A stretch of 64,000 bases of DNA, taken from the NCBI GenBank assembly GCA_963678065.2, contig CAXXVZ010000002.1, positions 96,001-160,000 on the forward strand, in the 5' to 3' direction. Numbering within the stretch: position 1 is the stretch's first letter; every line of letters starts with the position of its first letter. Made by a program: the position numbers and the translations under genes. This stretch comes from Treponemataceae bacterium. Lineage in GTDB: Bacteria; Spirochaetota; Spirochaetia; Treponematales; Rectinemataceae. Shown in pieces: positions 1-9,181 of this stretch. Below the pieces are notes generated by a model, which was not told where the DNA came from, searched no databases, and saw only the letters and a list, made by a program, of their open reading frames with translations.

Positions 1-1
1 C

Positions 2-592
2 GGCCTTGCCGGAGAGCATGCCGCCGATCCGCGCCTGGCTCGCGATCCGCGCTATTTCGTCCACGGTCGGCCTGGAGGAGCGGTGGTCGGAGATGGCCAA
101 CTCGCCGATTCCGATGACGGGCTCGATCATCATGATGTCGCGGTCGGCCTCGCCGGTGATAGTCCGCAGCGGCACGCGGTACGAGCCCGTGTAGCACCAG
201 GCGGAGAGCCCCTCCTCCCTGAGCGCGTAGATCTTCGCGACGAGTGCCTCCATGCTCCGCGCCGTCCCGTCCGTCCCGAGGACACCGACGAGGGTGGTGA
301 CGCCCGCCCGGGCGGTTTCGCCGAAGGAGAGCTCCGGTGTGCGCGTGCGGAAGCCGCCCTCCCCGCCTCCGCCCGTCACGTGGACATGGCCGTCGACGAA
401 GCCGGGGACGAGGCGCATGCCGCCCAGGTCGAGTGTCTCGCAGGGGGCCGGAAGCGTATCGGGATCGATGCCGGCTCCCGCTGTGGCCAAAACCGGCACG
501 AGGGCGACGACGCTGCCGGCGGCGATGAGAACATCGCAGACTCCGAGCGGCGAGGGAGCGTAGACATCGGCATTTTTCAGAAGCAAAAACAT
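2..592 (-). CDS. iadA: Beta-aspartyl (isoaspartyl) dipeptidase, 5' part only; runs off the window start
   Basis: Not in the ORF track. Manual translation from the ATG at 592 gives MFLLLKNADVYAPSPLG...PGFVDGHVHVTGGGGEGGFRTRTPE...GVLGTDG...YTGSY...GELAISDHRSS, which are IadA motifs. Confidence 0.9.
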   Translation of the reverse strand, partial: MFLLLKNADVYAPSPLGVCDVLIAAGSVVALVPVLATAGAGIDPDTLPAPCETLDLGGMRLVPGFVDGHVHVTGGGGEGGFRTRTPELSFGETARAGVTTLVGVLGTDGTARSMEALVAKIYALREEGLSAWCYTGSYRVPLRTITGEADRDIMMIEPVIGIGELAISDHRSSRPTVDEIARIASQARIGGMLSGKA

Positions 593-739
593 GGCAGCGT
601 CCTTTGTGCAAAGATTCTGTCGGCGCCGCGCGCGTGGGCGTCGTGCCGGCGCCGGCAGGGCGCAGACTGTCCGATACACCTCATTTCCCGGGAGCAATCG
701 GCCGATACCTATGGTATCATAGGCCCGGAGGGCAGGGAC

Positions 740-1459
740 ATGACACAGTACATCGACGACGACACGCTCGCGAGGGCCGGCGCGGATGTGGCGGAAAGTT
801 TCCATCTTCCCAAAATCCCCGTAAAGAATCCCGAACTCATCGCTCTCGTCACGACGGTGACGAAGCTCGCCGAAGCCCGCGATCACGAGCCCGGAAAACA
901 CATTGAGCGGATACAGTACTTCTGCAGAATGCTCGCCCTCGAATTGCGCAAGAAGCCCGAATACCGCGACCTGATCGACGATACCTACCTCGAAAACATC
1001 TTCGTCGCGAGCTCCTTCCACGACATCGGCAAGATAGCCATCCCCGACGCCATCCTCTTCAAGCCCGCCAGCCTCGATCCCGAGGAATTCGAGATCATCA
1101 AGACCCACTCCGTCATCGGCATGAACTACCTCAAGATGGCCGCGACGGCCTTCCCCGAGTGCTCCCTTCTGAGCATGGCCGTGGACATCGCGGGATACCA
1201 CCACGAAAAATGGGACGGCACAGGCTACCCCGAAGGCCTCGCGGGCGATGACATCCCCCTCTCGGCGCGCATCATGTCCGTGGCCGACGTCTACGACGCC
1301 CTGCGCTCCAAGCGCATCTACAAGGACGCCTACTCCGACGAGATCAGCACACAGATCATCCGCAACGGCCGCGGCAAGCACTTCGACCCCGACGTCACCC
1401 AGGCCTTTCTCACGATAAAGGGAGAACTCGGCGTCATCACGGATTCGATGTTCGAGTGA
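740..1459 (+). CDS. HD-GYP domain phosphodiesterase
   Basis: FHDIGKIAIPD, HHEKWDGTGYPEGL, ADVYDAL, RIYK. Start moved to MTQYIDD because the upstream part of ORF 83..1459 is antisense to iadA. Confidence 0.9.
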   Translation: MTQYIDDDTLARAGADVAESFHLPKIPVKNPELIALVTTVTKLAEARDHEPGKHIERIQYFCRMLALELRKKPEYRDLIDDTYLENIFVASSFHDIGKIAIPDAILFKPASLDPEEFEIIKTHSVIGMNYLKMAATAFPECSLLSMAVDIAGYHHEKWDGTGYPEGLAGDDIPLSARIMSVADVYDALRSKRIYKDAYSDEISTQIIRNGRGKHFDPDVTQAFLTIKGELGVITDSMFE

Positions 1460-1601
1460 AAGGCAAGCTGGTTTCCGGCCGACGCTCCGCCCGCCCTGCA
1501 TCCGTCCTGACGGGCGAAGGTCATTGCGGATCACGGGTTCGGAAGAGTATATTTTGAGCCAGACCCGGCAGGGGGCGCCACCGGGAGACGAGGACGGCGC
1601 C

Positions 1602-2570
1602 ATGAAGACCGACCTGGCGCGACCAAGGACTGAGGGTGCGCCGGGCGACCCGGACGGCACATTGGTGCAGAACGAAACCACAACTATCATCGAGTCGTTG
1701 CGCAGCCTCTCGGACCGTACGGAAGAACTGTCGCGCATCCGCGTCGCCCTCGAATCCGTCCTGGCCCGCAACTCGGTTTTCGTGATTCTCTTCGACTCTT
1801 CGCTGCGCGTCAAATCCCATACGCTGCCAATCGCGAAAGGAGCCGCCGATCTTCGTGACTTCCGGACCTATGTGGGGGATGGTCTTCTGGCCACGATACG
1901 CGAGTCCATCACAAGAGGAGGGCAGGAGCCGGGCGAACTCATGTTCGAGGGTCTGTGCGAAGGCCGGACCGATCTGGATTTCGCCTTGTACAGAACCCAG
2001 GCCGACCCGCCGCTCTACGCGCTCCAGCTCGGTTCCGCCCCGAACGAAAAATCCACAAGCGCCGAGTTCGAGGAAATCTGGGACAAGACGAGCGACCACC
2101 TCGCCGATATGCAGCGACTCGTATCCGCCCTGGATGGCATACGCCGGCTTGATCCGAAGGTGAACGACGAAGCGCTGCACAGGGAAATCCGCGAGAAGCG
2201 GCTGCCCGAACTCATGCGGCTCAAGCAGAAGGTCGCCGATCCTGTGCTCTCCCTCTGCCTGGGCATCATCGAAAAAAATCTTCTCGATATTCTGTCGCCC
2301 GGCCCCTCGGAGATGCCGCAGGCCGTCTACACCAGACTGACCCCATCGGAGTTGCAGATCGCCGAGTTCATCCGCATGGGAAAATCCACCAAGGATATCG
2401 CGGATGCGCTGGACATCGCGGCCAAAACGGTGGAGAACCACCGCAACAATCTGCGGGAAAAGCTGGGCCTCCGGAATATGGGCGTGAACCTGCGGTCGTA
2501 CCTGATCCAGCTCGAGAAGGGCGGCTCAAGCGTGGCAGGGGACGAACGCCCCGATCCCGACCGCGGTTGA
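1602..2570 (+). CDS. LuxR-family transcriptional regulator (C-terminal HTH, unidentified N-terminal region)
   Basis: LTPSELQIAEFIRMGKSTKDIADALDIAAKTVENHRNNLREKLG; start uncertain. Confidence 0.85.
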   Translation: MKTDLARPRTEGAPGDPDGTLVQNETTTIIESLRSLSDRTEELSRIRVALESVLARNSVFVILFDSSLRVKSHTLPIAKGAADLRDFRTYVGDGLLATIRESITRGGQEPGELMFEGLCEGRTDLDFALYRTQADPPLYALQLGSAPNEKSTSAEFEEIWDKTSDHLADMQRLVSALDGIRRLDPKVNDEALHREIREKRLPELMRLKQKVADPVLSLCLGIIEKNLLDILSPGPSEMPQAVYTRLTPSELQIAEFIRMGKSTKDIADALDIAAKTVENHRNNLREKLGLRNMGVNLRSYLIQLEKGGSSVAGDERPDPDRG

Positions 2571-2573
2571 GCT

Positions 2574-4271
2574 TCAATCCTGGCGGTAGCGTACAGGCGA
2601 GCTGCCGCCGCGCTTCCCCGCGTGGAGGGCTCTCGCGGCGGCGCGGGCCGAGCAGGGTCTGCTCGAGAATGCGCAGAGATAGGCCTTGAGCCCCGAGTAG
2701 GTCCTCGCTTCATAGGGGCTCCGCAAACCCACCACAACGCACTTCTCAGGCGCCGCGGCCACAGTCCTGCGCACCAGGTCCTGCTGCGCCGAAGTTTCGA
2801 AATCCTCTCCCGGCAGCGGATAGTCCTCTGTCACGAGCACGAGCCGGGCAGCCTTCGAGGCAAAGTCCATCGTGGAGGAAAATTCGTCGAATTCCACGAA
2901 TACAGCCTTCGGGCGCAGTGCGGAGAGCTCCTGTCTGAAGGCGTCGAAGGCGGCCTCCGACTGATTCGGACCGATGCCGCGGGGATTCATGACACGCGGA
3001 TACGAGGACCGCGGTGTCGCGTTGACGTAGAGCACGTTCTCGATGTCGGGAACGGGCCACACCCGATCTTCATCGATCAACAGCGCGCAGGCTTCCTCCG
3101 CGACAGTCTTCTCTATGGATTTCGCGTCCCACACACCGTTTCGCTGCACACCGTTTGGCTGCGCACCGTTCGATCGCACACCGTTCGGCCACACACCGTT
3201 CAGCCGGGCGGCGGGGGATGCCGCACGGAGCCTCGCGGACAGGATGCGTTCGAGCTTCTTCATCACTTCGACCGCGGGCAATCGCCCCGATACGATGGCC
3301 GCCTCGACGGCGCGGATCGTCGCCTTCTGCGTCTCGAGGTAGGCGCCGGTATGGTCGTAGTGCTCTTCGGAGAGCATGACTATGTCGACGCCCGCTTCCA
3401 GCGCCAGGATGGCGGCCTCGCCCGGAGAGTAGTTCTTGCGTATCGCCCCCATATTCATGCTGTCGGAGAGGATCAAGCCTTGGAAACCCATGTCCCGCCG
3501 CAACACGTCCTTGAGGATGATGCCCGAGAGGGTGGCCGGATTGACCGGATCGAGAGCGGGGAAAAGTATATGCGAAGTCATCACCACGTCCGCCCCGGCG
3601 TCGATTCCCGCGCGGAACGGAAGGAAATCCCCCGCCTCCAGCTGATCCCGGGATTTGTCCACGACAGGGATGCTCCGATGCGTGTCCACATGGGTCGAGC
3701 CGTGCCCCGGGAAGTGCTTGACCGTGGTCAGGATACCCGATTCCGCCGCTCCGCGCACGGCTGCGGCCACGCGCGCCGCCACCTCCGCGGGTTTTTCCCC
3801 GAAGGACCGCGTGCCGATTATGGGTGAATCGGGATCGGTGTTCACGTCCGCGCAGGGCGCGAGGAGGAGGGTGAATCCGGCCTCCACCATCTCCTGGCCC
3901 ATAACCCGGTACATGTCTCCGGTGCGCCCGGGGGGCAGGGCGCCGAGAGCCAGGTTGCCCGGGCCTGTCGTCGATTCAGGCACCAATACTCCCCAGGCCC
4001 CTTCCTGGTCCACGCCGAGAAGAAGAGGGGCTCCGGGAGTCCGCGCCCGCGCCGCGGCGTTGAGCGCATCGGTGAGCCTGCGCGCGTCCCCGAACGTGGT
4101 GGCATTGTCCTGGCTCAGATAGCAGCCGCAGAGGTTGTACTCTTCGATCATGGGCAGGGCGAGGGCCGGATCTCCGCCCGGGAATGCCAGCAGGAAGAGC
4201 TGGCCTGCCTTTTCCTTCGGCGACCAGTGCGCTACCGCATCGAGGGCAGCGGCGAGTCTGCGTTCCATCAT
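2574..4271 (-). CDS. GH3 glycoside hydrolase, NagZ-like beta-N-acetylhexosaminidase
   Basis: DQEG, RSFG, KHFPGHGSTHVDTH and LSDSMNMGAI motifs. Confidence 0.88.
   Translation of the reverse strand: MMERRLAAALDAVAHWSPKEKAGQLFLLAFPGGDPALALPMIEEYNLCGCYLSQDNATTFGDARRLTDALNAAARARTPGAPLLLGVDQEGAWGVLVPESTTGPGNLALGALPPGRTGDMYRVMGQEMVEAGFTLLLAPCADVNTDPDSPIIGTRSFGEKPAEVAARVAAAVRGAAESGILTTVKHFPGHGSTHVDTHRSIPVVDKSRDQLEAGDFLPFRAGIDAGADVVMTSHILFPALDPVNPATLSGIILKDVLRRDMGFQGLILSDSMNMGAIRKNYSPGEAAILALEAGVDIVMLSEEHYDHTGAYLETQKATIRAVEAAIVSGRLPAVEVMKKLERILSARLRAASPAARLNGVWPNGVRSNGAQPNGVQRNGVWDAKSIEKTVAEEACALLIDEDRVWPVPDIENVLYVNATPRSSYPRVMNPRGIGPNQSEAAFDAFRQELSALRPKAVFVEFDEFSSTMDFASKAARLVLVTEDYPLPGEDFETSAQQDLVRRTVAAAPEKCVVVGLRSPYEARTYSGLKAYLCAFSSRPCSARAAARALHAGKRGGSSPVRYRQD
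3129..3203. repeat. Five imperfect 15-bp tandem repeats inside the GH3 gene
   Basis: ccacacaccgtttcg/ctgcacaccgtttgg/ctgcgcaccgttcga/tcgcacaccgttcgg/ccacacaccgttcag, encoding NGVWP-NGVRS-NGAQP-NGVQR-NGVW. Confidence 0.9.
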
Positions 4272-5221
4272 CTACCCCTTTTCTCCCGCATGGTGAGCGA
4301 CACCGCGGCGATAATGATGATGCCGCGGGAGATGAGCTGCTGGTCCACCGAGAGTCCCATCAGGATCAGGCCATTGTTGAGAATGCCCATTATCAGGGCG
4401 CCTATGACGGATCCGAATACCGATCCTTTTCCGCCGAACATGCTCGTCCCGCCGATGATCACCGCGGCGATGACGATCATCACCTCATTGTCGCCCAGGG
4501 TGTACCTCGCGCCGTGGAGTCTGCCCGTATACAGGATGCCAGCCAGGGCGGCGAGGAAGGAGTTGATCACCATCACGGAGAATTTGATCCTGTCGGTCTT
4601 GATGCCCGAATAGATGGCCGAGATCTTGTTTCCTCCCGTCGCCAGCACTTTCCGGCCGAAGGCGGTCTTCCGCAGCACCACCGCGCCGAATCCGGCGACG
4701 AGGATGGTCCACACGAAGAGGATCGGCACCGGGCCGATGTCCCCGGAGCCGAACAGGAAGGTATACGGATCGTTGTCCACCGGTATCGACTGCAGGCGGC
4801 TCATCCATCGGCCCACGCCGCTGACGATGCCGGTAGTTCCGAGGGTGACGAGGAAGGACGGTATGCCCACCCAGGCCACGAAGACGCCGTTGAAGGCGCC
4901 GACGGCGACGCCTGATCCGAGGCCCGCCAGAACCGACAGGACGATGCTCCCTGTCGCCCGGAGTGTCAGGGCCGACGAGAGCGCGGAGAGAGCCACGACG
5001 GCGCCGAAAGAAAGGTCTATCTCCGCGGCGCAGAGCACGAAGGTCATGCCCACCGACATGATGGCTATCATGGCAGTCTGGCGGGCGATGTTCATGAGGT
5101 TGTTGCCGCTCAGGAAACCCCTGTTGAACAGAATGACGGAAAAAAGGAGGAATATCCCTGCGAAAACGATGTAAACGACGGAATCCTTGAGTCGTTTTGC
5201 CTGAAGTGTCGCGATCGGCAT
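4268..5221 (-). CDS. Sugar ABC transporter permease (RbsC-like)
   Basis: Hydrophobic protein with IDLSFGA, IPSFLVTLG and IAAVIIGGTSMFGGKG. Confidence 0.92.
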   Translation of the reverse strand: MPIATLQAKRLKDSVVYIVFAGIFLLFSVILFNRGFLSGNNLMNIARQTAMIAIMSVGMTFVLCAAEIDLSFGAVVALSALSSALTLRATGSIVLSVLAGLGSGVAVGAFNGVFVAWVGIPSFLVTLGTTGIVSGVGRWMSRLQSIPVDNDPYTFLFGSGDIGPVPILFVWTILVAGFGAVVLRKTAFGRKVLATGGNKISAIYSGIKTDRIKFSVMVINSFLAALAGILYTGRLHGARYTLGDNEVMIVIAAVIIGGTSMFGGKGSVFGSVIGALIMGILNNGLILMGLSVDQQLISRGIIIIAAVSLTMREKRGR

Positions 5222-5231
5222 GAATATTCTC

Positions 5232-6722
5232 CTATTGCACTATCTGCATAAGCCGGTCTTCGGTGAGGGATTCTTTCACCATGTCCGTGATCCGGCCTTT
5301 CTTCATTATATAAACGACATCGCAGAAATCGGCGATTTCGTTGAATTCCGATGACACGAACACGACTCCCCCGCCGGCCGCCGCGAACTCTCTGACAATT
5401 TTCATGATCTCGTGTTTGGCATGCAAGTCGACGCCGAAGGTGGGATCGTCCAGAAGCAGGATCTTCGCATCGCCCGAAAGGCATTTGGCCACGACGACTT
5501 TTTGCTGGTTTCCGCCCGAGAGGTATCGCACATGCTGGTTCCGGTCCGTGGTCTTGACGCCAAGATATTTGATGAAGTGATCAGCCATCCCGACGCTCTT
5601 GGCATTATCCAGCAAAAACCGGCCGCGCACTTTCTTCAGGACAGGAAGGACCATATTGTGTTCGATGGAAAAGTCAAGTATCAGCCCCTGTCGCCGCCTG
5701 TCTTCGGGCACGAGGGCGATGCCCGCGTTTTGCGCGTCCGCCGGGCTTCTGATCGAAACCTTCCTGCCATCTACTTCGATCCTGCCTGAGCGGATGCGGT
5801 CGCAGCCGAAGAGGGCGCGCAAGAGCTCCGTCCTGCCGCTCCCGAGCAAGCCGGCTATACCGACAACTTCGCCCGGATACACGCACAGCGACGCGTCTTC
5901 CACCGCATCGGTCTGCAGACCCTCCACAACGAAAAGGGGTTTCCCGGTTTCATCCCGTTGGGTTCTCTTCCATGCGCTGCCTGAACCGGAATTTCCTCCC
6001 ACCATCGCCGTCACGAGACGATCCAGCGAGGTCTGCGCAGTCGCGGCGGTGAGGACAGCCTTTCCATCCCTGAGCACCGTTACCCGGTCGCAGACGCGGA
6101 AAATATCCCTGAGATAGTGGGTGATGTAGACGATGGATATTCCTCTGTCCTTGAGACGCTTCATGACGGAGAACAGTATGTCGATTTCCGTGTTGGAAAG
6201 GGACGCGGTCGGTTCATCCAGGATCAGAATGCGGGGCTCGGTCGCCAGGGCCTTGGCGATTTCGACCAGTTGCTGCTGCCCGATGGATATGTCCCCGACC
6301 TTGGCGTCGGGGTGAATCGACTTGTCCACGCCGATCGACGCGAGCAGCTCGGCCGCGCGTTCGCGGGCTTTTCCGTCGTCCAGCAGCGGTCCCTTGCGGA
6401 AAGGATTCCGTGCGAGAAAGATGTTTTCCGACACGGAAAGTGTGGCGACGAGGCTCAAGTCCTGGTAGACCATCGCTACCCCGCCCGCGCGGGCTTCCTC
6501 CGGCGTCGCGAATGAGGAGGGTTTGCCGAACACCTTCAGCGTGCCCGAGTCCATGCGGTAGAGGCCATTCAGAATTTTCATCAGTGTCGATTTGCCGGCG
6601 CCGTTGGCGCCGACCAAGGCGTGGATTTCACCCGTTGCGAGCGTAAAATCCACACCGTCGAGAACAGGGACGCCATCGAATCCGATGCGCACATCTCTCG
6701 CCTCAATGGCGAAGTCCTTCAT
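5232..6722 (-). CDS. Sugar ABC transporter ATP-binding protein (RbsA-like, two ATPase domains)
   Basis: GANGAGKST, ILDEPT, LSGGNQQKVV; start taken at MKDFAIEA. Confidence 0.92.
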   Translation of the reverse strand: MKDFAIEARDVRIGFDGVPVLDGVDFTLATGEIHALVGANGAGKSTLMKILNGLYRMDSGTLKVFGKPSSFATPEEARAGGVAMVYQDLSLVATLSVSENIFLARNPFRKGPLLDDGKARERAAELLASIGVDKSIHPDAKVGDISIGQQQLVEIAKALATEPRILILDEPTASLSNTEIDILFSVMKRLKDRGISIVYITHYLRDIFRVCDRVTVLRDGKAVLTAATAQTSLDRLVTAMVGGNSGSGSAWKRTQRDETGKPLFVVEGLQTDAVEDASLCVYPGEVVGIAGLLGSGRTELLRALFGCDRIRSGRIEVDGRKVSIRSPADAQNAGIALVPEDRRRQGLILDFSIEHNMVLPVLKKVRGRFLLDNAKSVGMADHFIKYLGVKTTDRNQHVRYLSGGNQQKVVVAKCLSGDAKILLLDDPTFGVDLHAKHEIMKIVREFAAAGGGVVFVSSEFNEIADFCDVVYIMKKGRITDMVKESLTEDRLMQIVQ

Positions 6723-6900
6723 CCGGTATTCTCCTTGACCGAGACCGCCAGCTACCAACGTGGGCAATCCCCCAGAGGCTTCGACCTGGTGGTGACAGTA
6801 TAAGCTAAATTCGGAACAGGCGAACAGAAAGCGTATCCGCGGCCGGCGGATCAGGAAGTCTTCCCGCCGGCCACAGACGCATGTCGTTTTTCCGCCACGA

Positions 6901-7974
6901 TCACTTCAGCGCGTTCAACACTTCCTTGGGCGCATCCCTGTTGAGCGATTTCTTCCACATTTCCCTGATGTTGGACTTGTCCACTTTGATCGCGGGAACG
7001 ACGACGAAGGGCGGCGTCTTTACCCCGATGGCGCTGAGGGCGCCCATGCGGGCGAGGGTCTCCCCGAGCGAGTACGGAAGATCCGCCACGATGCCGGCGA
7101 TGTTGCCGCCTTTTACCATGTCCATGGCGTTGTTGGCGCCGAGGTCCATGGTGAATACTTTGATGTCCTTGCGCCCGGCCGCGCGCGCCGCGGCGACGAC
7201 GCCTTCGGCGATTGTGTCCCACGGCGCATAGATCGCAGTGACGTTCGGATTCTGGGTGATGATGGCCGAAGCGATGGCCTCGCCGTCGTTCGGGTTCGCG
7301 ATACCTTTCTCGACCGCGATCTTGATGCCGGGATAGCGGGCCTGCAGGACGGTCTTTACGGCGCGGTCGCGCTGATTGGTCACATAGTAGTTCGCGTCAT
7401 GGTAGATGAGGGCAACGTTGCCCTTCCCGCCGAGAGTCGATCCCATCATCTCGGCGACGGCGTTGCCCATGCCGAACAGGTCGTCGGTCACGATTCCCGC
7501 GTAATCCCTGCCGTGGACGAAGTCGTTCGGCAAATTGCTGATGAGCACCACTTTGACGCCTTGATCGATGGCCTTGCGCAGGGCCACCGCGCCGGATACC
7601 GGGTCAATGACCAGGGTGACGATGATGTCCGGCTTCAGGGCCAGGGCCGTCTCGATGTCCGTCCTCTGTCTGTTGGAGTCCATCTCCGCGTCGGTGGTGA
7701 CCACAACCTCGACCCCGTAGGCGGCGAACACGCTCTTCGCGCCCGCCACGAGGGCGTTCGAGAAATCCGACGACTGGTGCATGAGAATGGCAGCCTTCAG
7801 ATGCCGGGCCCCGATCGTGGATTTTTCACTCGCACTGATCGTGATCTTGTCGTAGGACGTCGGTTCTTCTCCCTTGGGGCCGAGGGTCTTCATCAGAGAG
7901 GCCTGGGCGGCCTGGCCGAATGCGGCTGCCACAACCAGGACGAAAAGCATCAACACGGAAATCGCCTTCTTCAT
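6901..7974 (-). CDS. Sugar ABC transporter substrate-binding protein (RbsB-like)
   Basis: Signal peptide MKKAISVLMLFVLVVAAAFG; class I periplasmic binding-protein pattern; GGAGG RBS. Confidence 0.88.
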   Translation of the reverse strand: MKKAISVLMLFVLVVAAAFGQAAQASLMKTLGPKGEEPTSYDKITISASEKSTIGARHLKAAILMHQSSDFSNALVAGAKSVFAAYGVEVVVTTDAEMDSNRQRTDIETALALKPDIIVTLVIDPVSGAVALRKAIDQGVKVVLISNLPNDFVHGRDYAGIVTDDLFGMGNAVAEMMGSTLGGKGNVALIYHDANYYVTNQRDRAVKTVLQARYPGIKIAVEKGIANPNDGEAIASAIITQNPNVTAIYAPWDTIAEGVVAAARAAGRKDIKVFTMDLGANNAMDMVKGGNIAGIVADLPYSLGETLARMGALSAIGVKTPPFVVVPAIKVDKSNIREMWKKSLNRDAPKEVLNALK

Positions 7975-8004
7975 GCAACACCTCCATATGAGTGAAATAT
8001 AGGT

Positions 8005-8033
8005 ACTTTATGACAATTTCTGCGATCTGTCAA
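8005..8033 (-). promoter_or_regulatory. Candidate sigma70 promoter for the sugar ABC-GH3 operon
   Basis: Minus strand reads TTGACA-17 bp-TAAAGT in an AT-rich intergenic region. Confidence 0.55.
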
Positions 8034-8118
8034 CAAAAACATTCATATTATACTCATAACAGCGAGATGCTCCGCGACAATGGACAGAGTGTTTTCTATG
8101 ATTCCGGAGAAATAAGAT

Positions 8119-8147
8119 TTGACAATCTAAATAGTCGACTATATACT
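8119..8147 (+). promoter_or_regulatory. Near-consensus sigma70 promoter with a palindromic operator in the spacer
   Basis: TTGACA (8119-8124), 17 bp, TATACT (8142-8147); perfect palindrome ATAGTCGACTAT at 8131-8142. Confidence 0.75.
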
Positions 8148-8170
8148 AATTTTGAGTTTAGGGAGGATGT

Positions 8171-9100
8171 ATGGCGACGAAGGTCATTGTCGATTGCGAC
8201 AACACTATGGGGAAGCCTTACGCGGAGATCGATGACGGTCTCACGATCCTCTACGTGCTCGGCTGCGATGACCTCGAATTGCTCGGCATCACGAACTGCT
8301 ATGCGAATGCCTCTCTGCGGGATGTGGAATACTGGACCGACCGCTTCCTTCACGACATTGACCGCACCGATATACCGAGGTTTTCAGGGAAGCCGTACTT
8401 TGACCAGAACACGACGGACTGGTTCAAGCGCACGTGGGGGCACCACTTTCTGAACGAAAAGCCTACTACTGAAGGCCCGAGCGATGCCGCCGCTTTTCTG
8501 GTAGAGCAGGTAAACAGATATCCTGGCCAGATACACATTCTCGCGCTCGGCTCAATGACGAACCTGCTTGAAGCGTCGCGGATTGACAGTGGGTTTTTTG
8601 GAAAGGTCAATGAGATTTCGCTTATGGGCGGGATACTTGGGTACCTCTCGCTCAATGGTAGGCAGTGTTCCGAACTGAACCTCGCATGCAATCCGGAAGG
8701 GGCCTATCGGGTCCTGAACAATGGCAAATGCCCTGTCGTTGTCATGAATGCCTATACCTGTCTTCAGGCGCCTTTCAGCGATGGAGACATGGGAAAAATT
8801 TCGTTCTGGCCGGAACGCAGGAAACGAATGGTACGGGAATGGCTCAGGGTTTTTGAAGGAACGTTCTATCTATGGGACCTTCTGCCGGCGGTTTATCTGT
8901 CGCACCCGGACCTGTTCGATCTGAAGAAGGTGCACATTTCCTCCACGCTTCAGGATCTGGAGCGTGGACTTCTGGTGAAGGGTGATGGCGGCGCCGAAGT
9001 GATCATGCCTGACAATATCCTCGACAGAGCGCAGTTCATGGATCTCATCTATTCGGCTTGGCGCAAAGCCTGGGAAAAAGAGAGTAAAGGATTGAGATAG
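8171..9100 (+). CDS. Nucleoside hydrolase family protein (copy 1)
   Basis: N-terminal Asp cluster VIVDCDNTMGKPYAEIDDG, ALGSMTNL, MGG, ELN, YLWD. Confidence 0.88.
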   Translation: MATKVIVDCDNTMGKPYAEIDDGLTILYVLGCDDLELLGITNCYANASLRDVEYWTDRFLHDIDRTDIPRFSGKPYFDQNTTDWFKRTWGHHFLNEKPTTEGPSDAAAFLVEQVNRYPGQIHILALGSMTNLLEASRIDSGFFGKVNEISLMGGILGYLSLNGRQCSELNLACNPEGAYRVLNNGKCPVVVMNAYTCLQAPFSDGDMGKISFWPERRKRMVREWLRVFEGTFYLWDLLPAVYLSHPDLFDLKKVHISSTLQDLERGLLVKGDGGAEVIMPDNILDRAQFMDLIYSAWRKAWEKESKGLR

Positions 9101-9181
9101 TACCGTCCGGTGGTTGTGGCAGGTCGCTCTGCCCGCTGCTTCAGCAGCGGGTGATGTCCCATTGATGGCAAGGAGGCTTTC

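Noticed and set aside
83..739. N-terminal extension of ORF 83..1459
   Set aside because: It is the antisense shadow of iadA; HD-GYP similarity begins only after MTQYIDD.
3129..3203. Possible CRISPR-like array
   Set aside because: 15-bp period, no spacers, lies in frame within a gene, and no cas genes nearby.
9132..9151. Hairpin cccgctgcttcagcagcggg as a terminator or riboswitch
   Set aside because: No U-tract and no aptamer context; more likely an mRNA stability or processing hairpin.
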